From an uncultured Phycisphaerales bacterium (GTDB lineage: Bacteria; Planctomycetota; Phycisphaerae; Tepidisphaerales; Tepidisphaeraceae), in NCBI GenBank assembly GCA_963844715.1, contig CAWJPJ010000006.1, positions 32,001-96,000 on the forward strand: a stretch of DNA of 64,000 nt, in the 5' to 3' direction. The notes under the pieces were generated by a model. That model was not told where the DNA came from, did not search any database, and saw only the letters and a program-made list of their open reading frames with translations. Shown in pieces: positions 40,884 to 51,260 of this stretch; position 1 is the first letter of the stretch, and each line of letters opens with the position of its first letter. The position numbers and the translations under genes were made by a program.

Positions 40884-42451
40884 CAGAACCCATATTCCTT
40901 CCACCGCGACGCAACCAACTCAATCGTCTTCCTATCCATCTCCAATTCCCTCGGCCACCGGCGGACTTTCCCTTCGCCCGGCCATTTCGCCGTTGCGTCA
41001 AACCCGATTTTGCTCCCCGTCCCGTGATCGGGGCTGGCGTGATCGAGAATGTCGACGGGGCCGTGCACAATTTCCGCGTCGCGCTGGGGATCGCAATTGG
41101 CGAACCAGTGGAAAAGAACGTCCTGCTCGTTGTGCACGTCGACGTTTTCGTCCACGACGATGATGAATTTCGTGAACGCCATCTGCCCCGCGCCCCAGAC
41201 GGCGTGCATGACTCGCCGCGCCTGCATCGGGTATTCCTTGCGGATTTTCAGAAAAGCGCAATTGTGGAACACGCCGCTGATCGGGAGGTTGTAGTCGACA
41301 ATATCCGGAATGATCGTTTGCAACAGCGGCAGGAAGATGCGCTCGGTGGCTTTGCCGAGGAAATAGTCCTCCATCGGCGGCTTGCCGACGATCGTCGTCG
41401 GATAGATCGGATCCTTGCGATGGGTGATCGCCGTGATGTCGTAGGCGGGATAAAAATCCGCCAGGCTGTAGAAACCCGTGTGATCGCCGAAAGGGCCTTC
41501 GAGTAGAGTTTCTTTCGGATCGACCCAGCCTTCAATGACGATCTCCGCATTGGCCGGAACTTCCAGCGGAATGGTCCGGCAAGGCACCAGTTCGATTCCG
41601 CCGCCGTTCAGGAAACCCGCGAACAGCAACTCCTCAATTCCCGGCGGCAGCGGCGCGGTGGCGGCGTAGGGCAAAACGCTCTCACCGCCGAGGACGATGG
41701 CCAGCGGCATTTTCTCGCCGCGGGCGGCGTATTTGCGGAAATGCCGCGCCCCGTCGTGGTGCATGTGCCAGTGCATGGCGCAGCGGCGTGACGAGTATTG
41801 CTGCACGCGATACATCCCGATATTGCGGTCGCCGCTATCCGGGTCCTGAGTGAAAATGCCCCCAAAGGTGATATACCGCCCCGTCCCGCGCGGCGCCGCG
41901 GCTATTCTCGCCGCATCCGCGTGATCGATGATCTCCCCGCTCCCCACATCGCCATCCAGCGGCCAGCATTGAATCAGCGGCAATCGATTCAAATCCGCCT
42001 TCTCCCCCTCCAGCACAACCTGCTGGCAAATCCCGCTCCGCACACTCCGAGGCGGAAAGCTCCCCAGCTTCAGCAAATCCGGCAGCTTCTTCATCTTCTC
42101 AATCAGCGTCGTAGGAATCTCCGGCTTAACCAGCGCCGCCACGCGCTGTGCCAGCTCCCCCAGCGACCGGCTGCCCAGCGCCTGGTTGATCCGCCAATAG
42201 GACCCAAACGTGTTGATCGCCACAGGCATGTCCGACCCGCGCACATCCTGAAAGAGCAGCGCCTTCCCACCAAGGGAAGCGGCGGGGGATTTGTCCGGCT
42301 CCGAATGCCCATGCGGCGCAGCCGTCTTGCACATCCGATCGCAAATCCCGGCGATTTCAAGCTTGGGTTCGACAGGGGCGGCGACTTTGGCGAGTTCGCC
42401 TTCTCTTTCGAGGAGCTTGAGGAAGTCGGAGAGGGTTTCGGTCGCCGCCAT
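40883..42451 (-). CDS. UbiD-family decarboxylase (menaquinone/futalosine-pathway type)
   Basis: NIGMYRVQ, VPANAEIVIEG, EGPFGDHTGFY, GKPPMED, LDHAS, GSKIGFDAT. Confidence 0.95.
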   Translation of the reverse strand: MAATETLSDFLKLLEREGELAKVAAPVEPKLEIAGICDRMCKTAAPHGHSEPDKSPAASLGGKALLFQDVRGSDMPVAINTFGSYWRINQALGSRSLGELAQRVAALVKPEIPTTLIEKMKKLPDLLKLGSFPPRSVRSGICQQVVLEGEKADLNRLPLIQCWPLDGDVGSGEIIDHADAARIAAAPRGTGRYITFGGIFTQDPDSGDRNIGMYRVQQYSSRRCAMHWHMHHDGARHFRKYAARGEKMPLAIVLGGESVLPYAATAPLPPGIEELLFAGFLNGGGIELVPCRTIPLEVPANAEIVIEGWVDPKETLLEGPFGDHTGFYSLADFYPAYDITAITHRKDPIYPTTIVGKPPMEDYFLGKATERIFLPLLQTIIPDIVDYNLPISGVFHNCAFLKIRKEYPMQARRVMHAVWGAGQMAFTKFIIVVDENVDVHNEQDVLFHWFANCDPQRDAEIVHGPVDILDHASPDHGTGSKIGFDATAKWPGEGKVRRWPRELEMDRKTIELVASRWKEYGF

Positions 42452-42528
42452 GAGGGGGGATGGTAAAGGGGGAGGTTGCGATTAACAAATTCCAGCTGGC
42501 GCCGAGGGGAACCTCGTTGTAACGTGTG

Positions 42529-42573
42529 CTTCCCCTCGCCATGTACTCGGGGAGAGGGCACGGGTGAGGGGTC
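42529..42573. repeat. REP-like element (CCCTCACCC..CCCTCTCCCC..GAGGG type)
   Basis: CCCCTCGCCATGTACTCGGGGAGAGGGCACGGGTGAGGGG in intergenic DNA. Confidence 0.5.
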
Positions 42574-42824
42574 CTTGTCTGCCCGAGGTCCCAAAATATC
42601 CCATGCCCTGCGCGAGAGGAGGGGAGCAGGGGAACATTTGATCAGCTGAGCAGTAGACGATGCGGGACAAAGGCGGACAAAAGTTTACAGTCTTGTTGCG
42701 TTTGGCGGGTTGGGGGGAGTTTGGCTGTTGACTAACTATCAGACTTCTGCGCGGGGGCCAATTGATAGATCGCTCAATTCGCCGGGTCGGCGGTTAGGGT
42801 CGCCTTGCCACTCCCTTTCCCCCT

Positions 42825-45119
42825 TTATTCCTCTGAGCGCTCCAACCACAGTTCGCGCTGGGATGTAATAGGCGCTTTTTCCTGCAATTCGTTGACCGTC
42901 TCTAGCATCTTGTTTAGCCGCTCCGCGTCCGCCTCGTCGCAGGTAGTATTCGTCATAAGTCGCAAAATGATGCTGCGCATTCGATGGAAAAACCACCTCG
43001 GCCGATCATTGAGGCGCTGGGCGTCTAGATATTCGAGGAGCGCCTCGCAAAACACGTGGTGGTTTCCCTGAATTATTTCACTTACGTCCTCCAAACCCTT
43101 TTGGATCCTCACGTTTCCCAAACCGTCGAATGCTTCGGGCATCGCGATTAGAATAATCTTCTTATACTTCTCTTCATTTACCAGCATCGCCAGTCTGGGT
43201 AGCACAACGAGAAACTCTTTTTTCGCCGAGCGGAGGTTGTCCTGGTCCTTGCTGACGACGTCCATCGCTTTATTGAGAAATGCAAGGCGCTGACCGTGCG
43301 GTAACTGCAAAAACTCTTGGGCGTCGAGCTTTTGAATTGCCAAAATAATCTCGTGTAGCTGTCCGTCCACTAACACTTCGGAAAGCTTGTACGGCGCCAC
43401 CAGCGACCGCTTCAGCATTCGCTCGAATTCGGATGCCTTCTTTATTCTTTGGGCTCGTGGCAAAATGCAATCTTGGATTAACTTGTCGATGGAAGGTGGA
43501 ATTGCCTCGTTTATGGTACTTAGCGCGACATAATCGCCGGGAGGAATTCTGTGGCCGGACAGAGCCTCATAAAGGCAGTTCGCGAGCACGTAAATATCAT
43601 CCGATGGTTCGGGTTTCTCGCCATTTTCTTGCTCCGGCGACATGTAGCCCGGAGTCCCAATTATGTCACCAGATGGTGTCACTCTTCGCTGATCGTCGCT
43701 AGGGCCTGTCTGATGAATCGCTTTTGGTTATAAATAGCGGTTTTCAGACGAGGTGTCACGGATGCGACGTTATGAGCTCACGGATGAGCAGTACGAGTTG
43801 ATCGGCGATCTGCTGCCCGGCAACGGCAAGCGCGGCGGGCAGTGGAACGACCACCGCACCACGCTCAACGGCATGTTCTGGATTCTGCACTCGGGCGCTC
43901 AATGGCGCGAGATGCCCGAACGTTACGGCAGATGGCAAAGCGTCTACGACCGCTTCAACCGCTGGAGAAAGGACGGAACGATTGATCGAATCCTCCAGCG
44001 GCTGCAGATGAGGTTGGACAAGCAAGGACGAATCGACTGGGACCTGTGGTGCATCGACGGCACCAATGTGCGAGCCAGTCGATCCGCCGCCGGAGCCAGA
44101 AAATCAAAACCGCCCCGGAAGAACCGGCGGATCACGCGTTGGGCCGCAGCCGAGGCGGGTGGGGCAGCAAGCTCCACCTGGTTACTGACGGCCAGGGAGT
44201 TCCGCTCGCCGTCGAGGCCAGCGCCGGCCAATGCCACGAGAGCCGGTACGTGGAGCCGGTGATGAACGCGATGCGCATCGGTCGCCGCCGTCGTCGCCCC
44301 AGGAGGCTGGCGGGCGACAAGGGATACAGTTACGGAAATGTGCGGCGATGGCTGCGTCGCCACCGAATCCAAGCGGTGATCCCGGCGAAATCGAATCAGC
44401 CGCCGCAGGAGAACTTTGATCGCAAGGCGTATCGCCGACGGAACGTGGTGGAGCGTTGCGTGAATTGGATGAAGGAGAATCGCCGCCTGGGCACGCGTTA
44501 CGAGAAACTGGCGGTGAACTTTCAGGCCATGGCCAAGCTCGCCATGATCCGTCGCTATTTCAGGATTTTGGATTCATCAGACAGGCCCTAGATAGCGCGA
44601 TGCCAAAGTCGACCAAATAACAGTGCGTCCTATTGGCCGTCACGATTATGTTCTCGGGTTTTATGTCCCTGTGAATAATATTCTTGTCGTGTGCGTGGCC
44701 CAAGGCCGAGGCTATCTGTCCAAAACAGACCTGGACCTCAGCCAGCGTTAGCACCCCATCCTTCAAAAGTTCACGCAAGTTATTTCCGTGAACATACTCA
44801 AACACTATTAAAAAGTGTCCGTCGTCGCCAAATTTAACGTCGTAGACGGATGGAATATTGGGATGTCTAAAGCCAGCCAGAATGCGGGCTTCTTTCCTAA
44901 ATCTTTCCTTGTCTGTATCGTTAGCGGATCCCCAGAGCGGGTCCAGAATCTTTAAAGCCACGTCCCTTTGTAGGTCGTTATCGAATGCTTTTTTTATGCG
45001 CCGAACCCCCCTCGTCCCTCATCTTGTTTTTCAACCGTAAAACGCTCTTGGCCGGGTGGAGACGTACCGGAGCTAGCGCTTACGCGTTTCGGAGGTGTCG
45101 CACGTGTAGTATCGCCCAT
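42825..45119 (-). pseudogene. Hanks-type Ser/Thr kinase with helical C-terminal domain, interrupted by IS5 (plus frameshift ~44998)
   Basis: GRGGFG, VALK, HPNIP, HRDIKPEN, DFG; removing the IS and one TA gives in-frame DFGIALS|SDDQRRVTPSGDIIGTPGYMSPE. Confidence 0.93.
43702..44588 (+). mobile_element. IS5-family element (IS427-like), 887 bp, copy 1
   Basis: 18-bp perfect IR GGGCCTGTCTGATGAATC; TA duplicated; two overlapping ORFs (ELTDEQ, IDGT, GRSRGG, GDKGY, RNVVER). Confidence 0.96.
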
Positions 45120-45194
45120 GGCACTTTTTCCTTATGCTGGGGGACCAATTACGATACAGAAGGGGCTAACGCAAGCGATACGTGTAATCACTCC

Positions 45195-45707
45195 TCATAG
45201 AAGGGTAAACAACTTAATAGCGACCATACAACCCAGGGCCGGCAGTTGAACAATCAGAATCAGTAGAATGCCTACGCGCATCCACCAGAATTTCTTCAAC
45301 ACTCCTTTCGCCATTGCATAGGTTTGAGTCGCCAAATCTCGTTCAAGCGCCTCTTCACTGACAAGTCGCGCTTCGTCGATATAGCCTGCCGCATTTTCGT
45401 GTCCCGCAACATCGCCGTAGAAAAGTGCTGAGTTCGCTTTCCGGGGCGACCACAAATACGGCAGCACCATAAAGAACGTCAGCCAAATCGACGCGAGGGA
45501 GATCGCCGTAACGATGCAGAGCAGAAACGCAGCCAAATGAATCTCAACCGTGTGGCCCGCGTAAAGGCTCAAGATGTCGCCCTGCTTAAGTACGATGCCG
45601 CCGACGATTATTGTGTTGTACCCGATAACCACCGCGCCCTTTTGGTTGGTCGACATGGCGTATGAATCGAAACGACCGATAATTTTCCAGAGAGATTCCG
45701 ATGTCAT
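45195..45707 (-). CDS. pycTM: Pycsar-type membrane effector (PycTM / DUF5706-like)
   Basis: RFDSY..STNQKG, two TM helices, P....S..ALFYGDVA, DLATQTYAMAK..KKF, C-terminal TM; ATG overlaps the cyclase stop. Confidence 0.8.
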   Translation of the reverse strand: MTSESLWKIIGRFDSYAMSTNQKGAVVIGYNTIIVGGIVLKQGDILSLYAGHTVEIHLAAFLLCIVTAISLASIWLTFFMVLPYLWSPRKANSALFYGDVAGHENAAGYIDEARLVSEEALERDLATQTYAMAKGVLKKFWWMRVGILLILIVQLPALGCMVAIKLFTLL

Positions 45708-45987
45708 CGGTATCCCTCGGGCGCAGTTGCATAATCACCATCCGCAAGCATATCGTCAGGATAGATGATTTTGTGATCGTCGTAGCTTGCTTGCTCGATC
45801 CTTACAGTTCCTCCCACACTCTTGGGGAACAGGTCGAAAACGTGATCCGTGCAATGGGCGTAATCTTGCGCTGCCGACGCCAGCTTGCACGCTTTATTCA
45901 CCGCATCTGCGTAGGCCGTGATTTCATGTGCGTTTGTCAAGCCGATGCGCGTGAAAATTATGTCTCCCGCCGCGACACCAGCACCTA
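45704..45987 (-). pseudogene. pycC: C-terminal remnant of a class III nucleotidyl cyclase (PycC-like), 5' part lost at IS5
   Basis: GAGVAAGDIIFTRIG...AYADAVNKACKL fits the GIGIxxG..IG..GxxVNxAxKL cyclase motif. Confidence 0.75.
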
Positions 45988-46874
45988 GGGCCTGTCTGAT
46001 GAATCGCTTTTGGTTATAAATAGCGGTTTTCAGACGAGGTGTCACGGATGCGACGTTATGAGCTCACGGATGAGCAGTACGAGTTGATCGGCGATCTGCT
46101 GCCCGGCAACGGCAAGCGCGGCGGGCAGTGGAACGACCACCGCACCACGCTCAACGGCATGTTCTGGATTCTGCACTCGGGCGCTCAATCGCGCGAGATG
46201 CCCGAACGTTACGGCAGATGGCAAAGCGTCTACGACCGCTTCAACCGCTGGAGAAAGGACGGAACGATTGATCGAATCCTCCAGCGGCTGCAGATGAGGT
46301 TGGACAAGCAAGGACGAATCGACTGGGACCTGTGGTGCATCGACGGCACCAATGTGCGAGCCAGTCGATCCGCCGCCGGAGCCAGAAAATCAAAACCGCC
46401 CCGGAAGAACCGGCGGATCACGCGTTGGGCCGCAGCCGAGGCGGGTGGGGCAGCAAGCTCCACCTGGTTACTGACGGCCAGGGAGTTCCGCTCGCCGTCG
46501 AGGCCAGCGCCGGCCAATGCCACGAGAGCCGGTACGTGGAGCCGGTGATGAACGCGATGCGCATCGGTCGCCGCCGTCGTCGCCCCAGGAGGCTGGCGGG
46601 CGACAAGGGATACAGTTACGGAAATGTGCGGCGATGGCTGCGTCGCCACCGAATCCAAGCGGTGATCCCGGCGAAATCGAATCAGCCGCCGCAGGAGAAC
46701 TTTGATCGCAAGGCGTATCGCCGACGGAACGTGGTGGAGCGTTGCGTGAATTGGATGAAGGAGAATCGCCGCCTGGGCACGCGTTACGAGAAACTGGCGG
46801 TGAACTTTCAGGCCATGGCCAAGCTCGCCATGATCCGTCGCTATTTCAGGATTTTGGATTCATCAGACAGGCCC
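45988..46874 (+). mobile_element. IS5-family element, 887 bp, copy 2
   Basis: Same as copy 1 except G>C at 46190 (W>S); TA on both sides but the flanks belong to different genes. Confidence 0.96.
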
Positions 46875-46990
46875 TAATTGAATTTCCCGATAAATTTATA
46901 CAACCGGGCAAGTATACGCTTGAAATTTATGTAACCGACGATGATCACGGACTTTATGCAGAACAATCGGTCGACGTTGTTTTTCAGTAG
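46875..46990 (+). pseudogene. 3' remnant of an unrelated plus-strand gene (Ig/PKD-like tail)
   Basis: PGKYTLEIYVTDDDHGLYAEQSVDVVFQ*, followed by a plus-strand terminator. Confidence 0.5.
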
Positions 46991-47097
46991 ACGATCAGCA
47001 TAAGATCACGGTCGAAAGAACAGCGCGAAAGGAGGCTGTATGTGCGTCTGCTCGCGTAAGTAGGGCTAATCTGGCCCGTTAATTTGTGCCTATAAGT

Positions 47098-47122
47098 AGC
47101 CCGTCCATCGACGGGCTTTTTT
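47098..47122 (+). terminator. Rho-independent terminator
   Basis: AGCCCGTC-CATC-GACGGGCT followed by a T-run. Confidence 0.85.
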
Positions 47123-47246
47123 GTCAGCCTTTGGAGAGGGGGTTATGAAGAGGGCCAATTCCCGAGATGAACATGGATGCGGAATAACAACAAACGGGGT
47201 GAAGTAACTAAAGTTTAGCGACGCATCTGGAATGCCAGGATAGCGA

Positions 47247-47320
47247 GGGACAGTCATCTATTTGTGGAGGTTAAATTAATGGGTGGCTGTCCCTGGTTCC
47301 CTGGTTCCCCCTGGTTCCCC
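47247..47320. repeat. GGGACAG..CTGTCCC palindrome with CCCTGGTT tandem tail (REP-like)
   Basis: GGGACAGTCATCTATT pairs with AATGGGTGGCTGTCCC; three CCCTGGTT units. Confidence 0.6.
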
Positions 47321-47887
47321 CAGCCCCCCCCCGTTGCGATGTGTAGGATCGAAGATTTATGATTTCCATCGGCATTTGCAGAGTGGCTACCGTCGTGACT
47401 TCCGACGGCGAAAATAAGCAAATAAATCCCGCAGGCGAAGCCATGCAATGAAAATGTTTATCAGCGCTGATAGGCCGAAGGGAGCGGCGGCGAAGATCAG
47501 CATTGGAGGTCCCCGTGAATGAATTTTGCCAGAAGCTGATTCGTACGGCAGAAGCCTCCTTGGGTTCGGCCGCTGCGATAATCGCACTCGTTTGCACCAT
47601 AGATTCTATTCGCGGGGATCAAAATCCGCTGATTAACAAGATGTGGATTACTGCGGCAGCATTGCCGCTGGAAAATCGTGGTTCTCTGCGGGTTGCTGGC
47701 GGCTATTCCAAAGTTTGTTGAATGTAAATTATATTCCTCGCAAGCCACCCCGTTTCCCTATTCCCCCATTCACAACAAAAGTGTCAAGTTTTGTCGGCGC
47801 GGGCTCCACGCATCCAAAAGATTTCCGCAAGTCACGATCAAAAAACATTTCGCGGGCTGCAGCGCACGCATTCCTATCGCGGCAAGT

Positions 47888-49510
47888 CTACGCGCTCGCT
47901 TTCTTGCGCACGATCACACTCGGCCCCGCGACGGCGCGGACGATTATTTCCGACCCGGCGGGGAGGAAGCCGGTTTCGCTTACCACCGACGTGATTCTTT
48001 TATCGGCAATCGCCGGGTCGAAGAACTCCGCCGAGCCGCCGGGGCGTAACTCGAGATAGCGCTTTTCCTACCGCGCCGATAGGCGGCCAGCCTATGGCGG
48101 GGGAGGGATCGCGCGGGGCGGATTGGGGGGTTGGGCCGCCGCTGGTGGCGGTGAGGATTAATCGATTCAGAAGCGGGACTTTGGGCATGTATCTTCCGAT
48201 CCAAATCCACAGGGCCAGGGAGATTCCCGTCGCGGCGGCGACGACGATGATGCCTTTTTGCATTCCGATCCAGAGGGCGCGCCAATTTTCCGGGGCGAAG
48301 GGGACGCCGTTGCTCTGGGGGACGAAGGTCATGACCAGGCCGAACATGACGAAGAGGCCGCCGGTGATTCCGGGGAAGAAATGGCCGGGGAGGACGATCT
48401 CGACGGCGACGAGTCCGAGGCCGACGAAGATGACGAGGATTTCCCACCACTGGGCGTATCCGGTGAGCATGGGGACGCCGAGCATGAGGAGCAGGGCGAG
48501 CAGGCCGACGGTTTCGGCGACGCCGTGGCCGGGGGCGTGGAGGACGATGTAGAGGCATTGGAGGAAGATGACGATGAGCAAGCCGCGGACGGCGGCGCCG
48601 CTGAGGACGCTGACCAGTTCGTCCCCAAATCCGGGCGAAATGTCGGCGATGACCGTCCAGCCGCGCTGATGCGCCAGGTCTTGCGGGCTGGCGGCGATCC
48701 CGCTCGCCAGCCCGTATTGCACGGCTTGCTGGCTGTCCACCGTGAGCAAAGCGTCGGAGCCGACGATCGGGACGGAAGCGCCGGGGACATCGTGCCACTG
48801 TTTGGTGGCGATCAGGTCGGCGTATTGTTTGTCATCCACGAATCGCTTCCCGCCCTTGTCATTTTGCACCCAGTAGACGGAATGCTTTACGGCGACCATG
48901 GCGGCAGCGAGTAGCGGATCATGATGATTTCGCGCCGCGCTTTCTGCGAAGTCGAGCAGGACAGGCGCCTCCGCCTTGGCGCGCTCGGTTTCGGGCATGG
49001 CCTCGAGGCCTTCGGGGCCGAAGACGATGGGGCGCAATCGCCGAGGGAGGCGGAATCGCTCATGACGATCTCATCGCAAGCCATGGCGATCATCGCTCCG
49101 GCGGAGATGGCTTTGTCCTTCACATAGGCGACGATATGAAGATCGCTCTGGCGTTTGATGAAGCGGGACATGTCCAAGCCGTCGGTGAGGATTCCGCCGT
49201 AGGTGTCGATGCTGAGAATGACGGTGCCGCCGCCCATGCCGCGGACCTGGTCGATGCGCTGCTCGAGTTGATCGCGGGTGTAGTCATTGATCTCGCCCTG
49301 GATTTGGATGATGACGGCTTTGGTGTTCACCGACGGAGCCGTGGTCGGAGCATCGGCCTTCGCGACGGTAGAAAATAAAAATGCAACCGCGGAGACGCAG
49401 AGGCACAGAGACAGACGCGGAGAAGACAAGAAATTCAATGAAAGGAATTTCCTCCGCGTCTCCGCGTCTCTGCGGTTGAATTGGCCTTTCTTTAGCGCGG
49501 GGGGCCTCAT
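47888..49510 (-). CDS. NfeD-family protein (ClpP-like protease, membrane and OB domains); frameshifts ~49030 and ~48050
   Basis: IQGEI, IDTYGG, AISAGAMIAMACDEIVM; EIVLPG; LRPGGSAEF tail. Confidence 0.85.
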
Positions 49511-49562
49511 GCCGATATTTTACGCTGAAGATCACCTAAGTACATGATTAGAATGGATTCCC

Positions 49563-50129
49563 ATGCGGCGGGTTTTTCTGGTGTTTTCGGCGGTTTGCCT
49601 GGCGGCGTCCATTATGTTGGCCGTGATGTGGGTGCAGAGCTATCGGGCGGAGGATGACTGGTATGTCGCATGGCACTCGAAAGCCGGATCGGACAATATT
49701 CTTTATGGCCTCGGTGCGCGCTCGATACGAGGCGGCATCGAAATCACCTTTGGTCGCACGCTCATACCGGCGAGATACACTCCCGGCGCGGTTGTGCGGC
49801 ACAACCGGTATCGTCCGCCGCTGGCGGGGCGGGGCGTTTTTGGATTTCGCTGGATCCTCGACTTGTCGCCAAATTCGATCAACCATTACCTCCTTAAGCT
49901 CTGGCATCCCACGCTGCTGACGGATTTTCCTTATTGGGCGGCCGTCGTCGCGCTCGCTCTTCCAGCGATTATTTATCTGCCGTTTTATAAACGGGCAGCA
50001 AGACCGGGATGCTGTGCGGTGTGCGGCTACGACTTGCGGGCTTCGCCGCAGAGATGTCCGGAATGCGGCACACCTACGCCGGGTCATTTGAGCAGCGGAT
50101 CAGGGACTCCAACGCCGCGTGGGCTTTGA
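49563..50129 (+). CDS. Membrane protein with C-terminal zinc ribbon
   Basis: N-terminal TM; CAVCGYDLRASPQRCPECG. Confidence 0.8.
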   Translation: MRRVFLVFSAVCLAASIMLAVMWVQSYRAEDDWYVAWHSKAGSDNILYGLGARSIRGGIEITFGRTLIPARYTPGAVVRHNRYRPPLAGRGVFGFRWILDLSPNSINHYLLKLWHPTLLTDFPYWAAVVALALPAIIYLPFYKRAARPGCCAVCGYDLRASPQRCPECGTPTPGHLSSGSGTPTPRGL

Positions 50130-51100
50130 ATGTGTCCAGGGCATTGGCGCCAGTTGCAGACCTTCTTCGAGAGTTTCGGCGCCTTCGGCTACTACCAAAG
50201 CGGCGGCGGCGTTTAGGAGGGAGATGTCGCGCTTGGGGCCGGGTTTGGCGGCTAGGACATCCTGCAAGGCGGCGGCGGCTTCGTCGATGTTGTTCACCTG
50301 GAGATCGCTTAGCTTGGCGTAGGGGATGCCGAATTCGGCGGGGTCCAGGGTCCAGGTGTGGATTTGGCCTTCGCGGAGTTCGCTGATGCGGGTGGGGCCG
50401 AGGGTGGAGATTTCGTCGAGGCCGTCCTCGGCGTGGACGACCCAGGCGCGATGGCTGCCCAGGTCGCGGAGGACGGCGGCGAGGCGATCGGTTAGTTCCG
50501 GGGCGAAGACGCCTAGGAGTTGGTGTTTGGCGCGGCCGGGGTTGGTGAGGGGGCCGAGGAGATTGAAGATGGTGGGGATGCCGAGGGATTTACGGGCCTC
50601 GGCGACGAATTTCATGGCGGGGTGATGGGCGCGGGCGAAGGCGAAGCAGATGTTGGCTTTATCGAGGCAGTGAGAGAGGGTTTCGGGGGAGACTTCGAGT
50701 TTTAGGCCGAGTTTTTCCAGGACATCGGCGGAGCCGGCGCGGCCGGAGGCGGAGCGATTGCCGTGCTTGACGACTTTGACGCCGCATGCGGCGGCGATGA
50801 GGGCGGCGGCGGTGGAGACGTTGAAGGTGTGGCGGACGTCGCCCCCGGTGCCGCAGGTGTCGAGCAATATGCCGGCTTCTTCGCAGGGAACGGGGATGAC
50901 TTTTTGCGCATGACGGTGGCGGCGCCGACGAGTTCCTCGACGGTGGTGCCCTTGGCGGCCAAACCGACGAGCAGGCCGCCGATTTGGGCGTCGTTGGCCT
51001 GGCCGCACATGATGTGGGTGAAGGCATCGCGGGCTTCGTCGCGCGTGAGGTCCTCGCGGCGGGAAAGTTTTAGGAGGATGTCGGGGATGGAGAGAGACAC
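50074..51100 (-). CDS. trpD: Anthranilate phosphoribosyltransferase (frameshifts ~50905 and ~50150)
   Basis: DTCGTGGD, FNVST, KHGNRSASG, TIFNLLGPLTNP, DGLDEIS. Confidence 0.95.
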
Positions 51101-51105
51101 GTTTT

Positions 51106-51250
51106 GAATGACGAATGATAAATGATAAATGACGAATGAAATTCCAATGTTCGAATGATCGAAGGGGCATTCGGTCATTCGGACATTGGGTCATTGATTC
51201 GTCCCGCCACGGCGGATGCTGCGCACATTTATCATTTATCATTCGTCATT
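51106..51250. repeat. Inverted heptamer (RAATGAY)n intergenic repeat
   Basis: GAATGAC GAATGAT AAATGAT AAATGAC facing TCATTTATCATTCGTCATT. Confidence 0.75.
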
Positions 51251-51260
51251 TCCTTTTGGA

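Noticed and set aside
43702..46874. Composite transposon that arrived as a unit
   Set aside because: Copy 1 interrupts a kinase whose halves rejoin in frame, so the enclosed DNA is native to the site
46875..47260. Missing 5' half of the cyclase on the minus strand
   Set aside because: Stop codon eight codons in, no cyclase motif noticed, and a plus-strand gene tail plus terminator fits better
47271..47880. Short ORFs between the defence islet and the NfeD gene
   Set aside because: Overlapping, no motifs, partly built from repeat sequence; a decayed membrane-protein gene cannot be excluded
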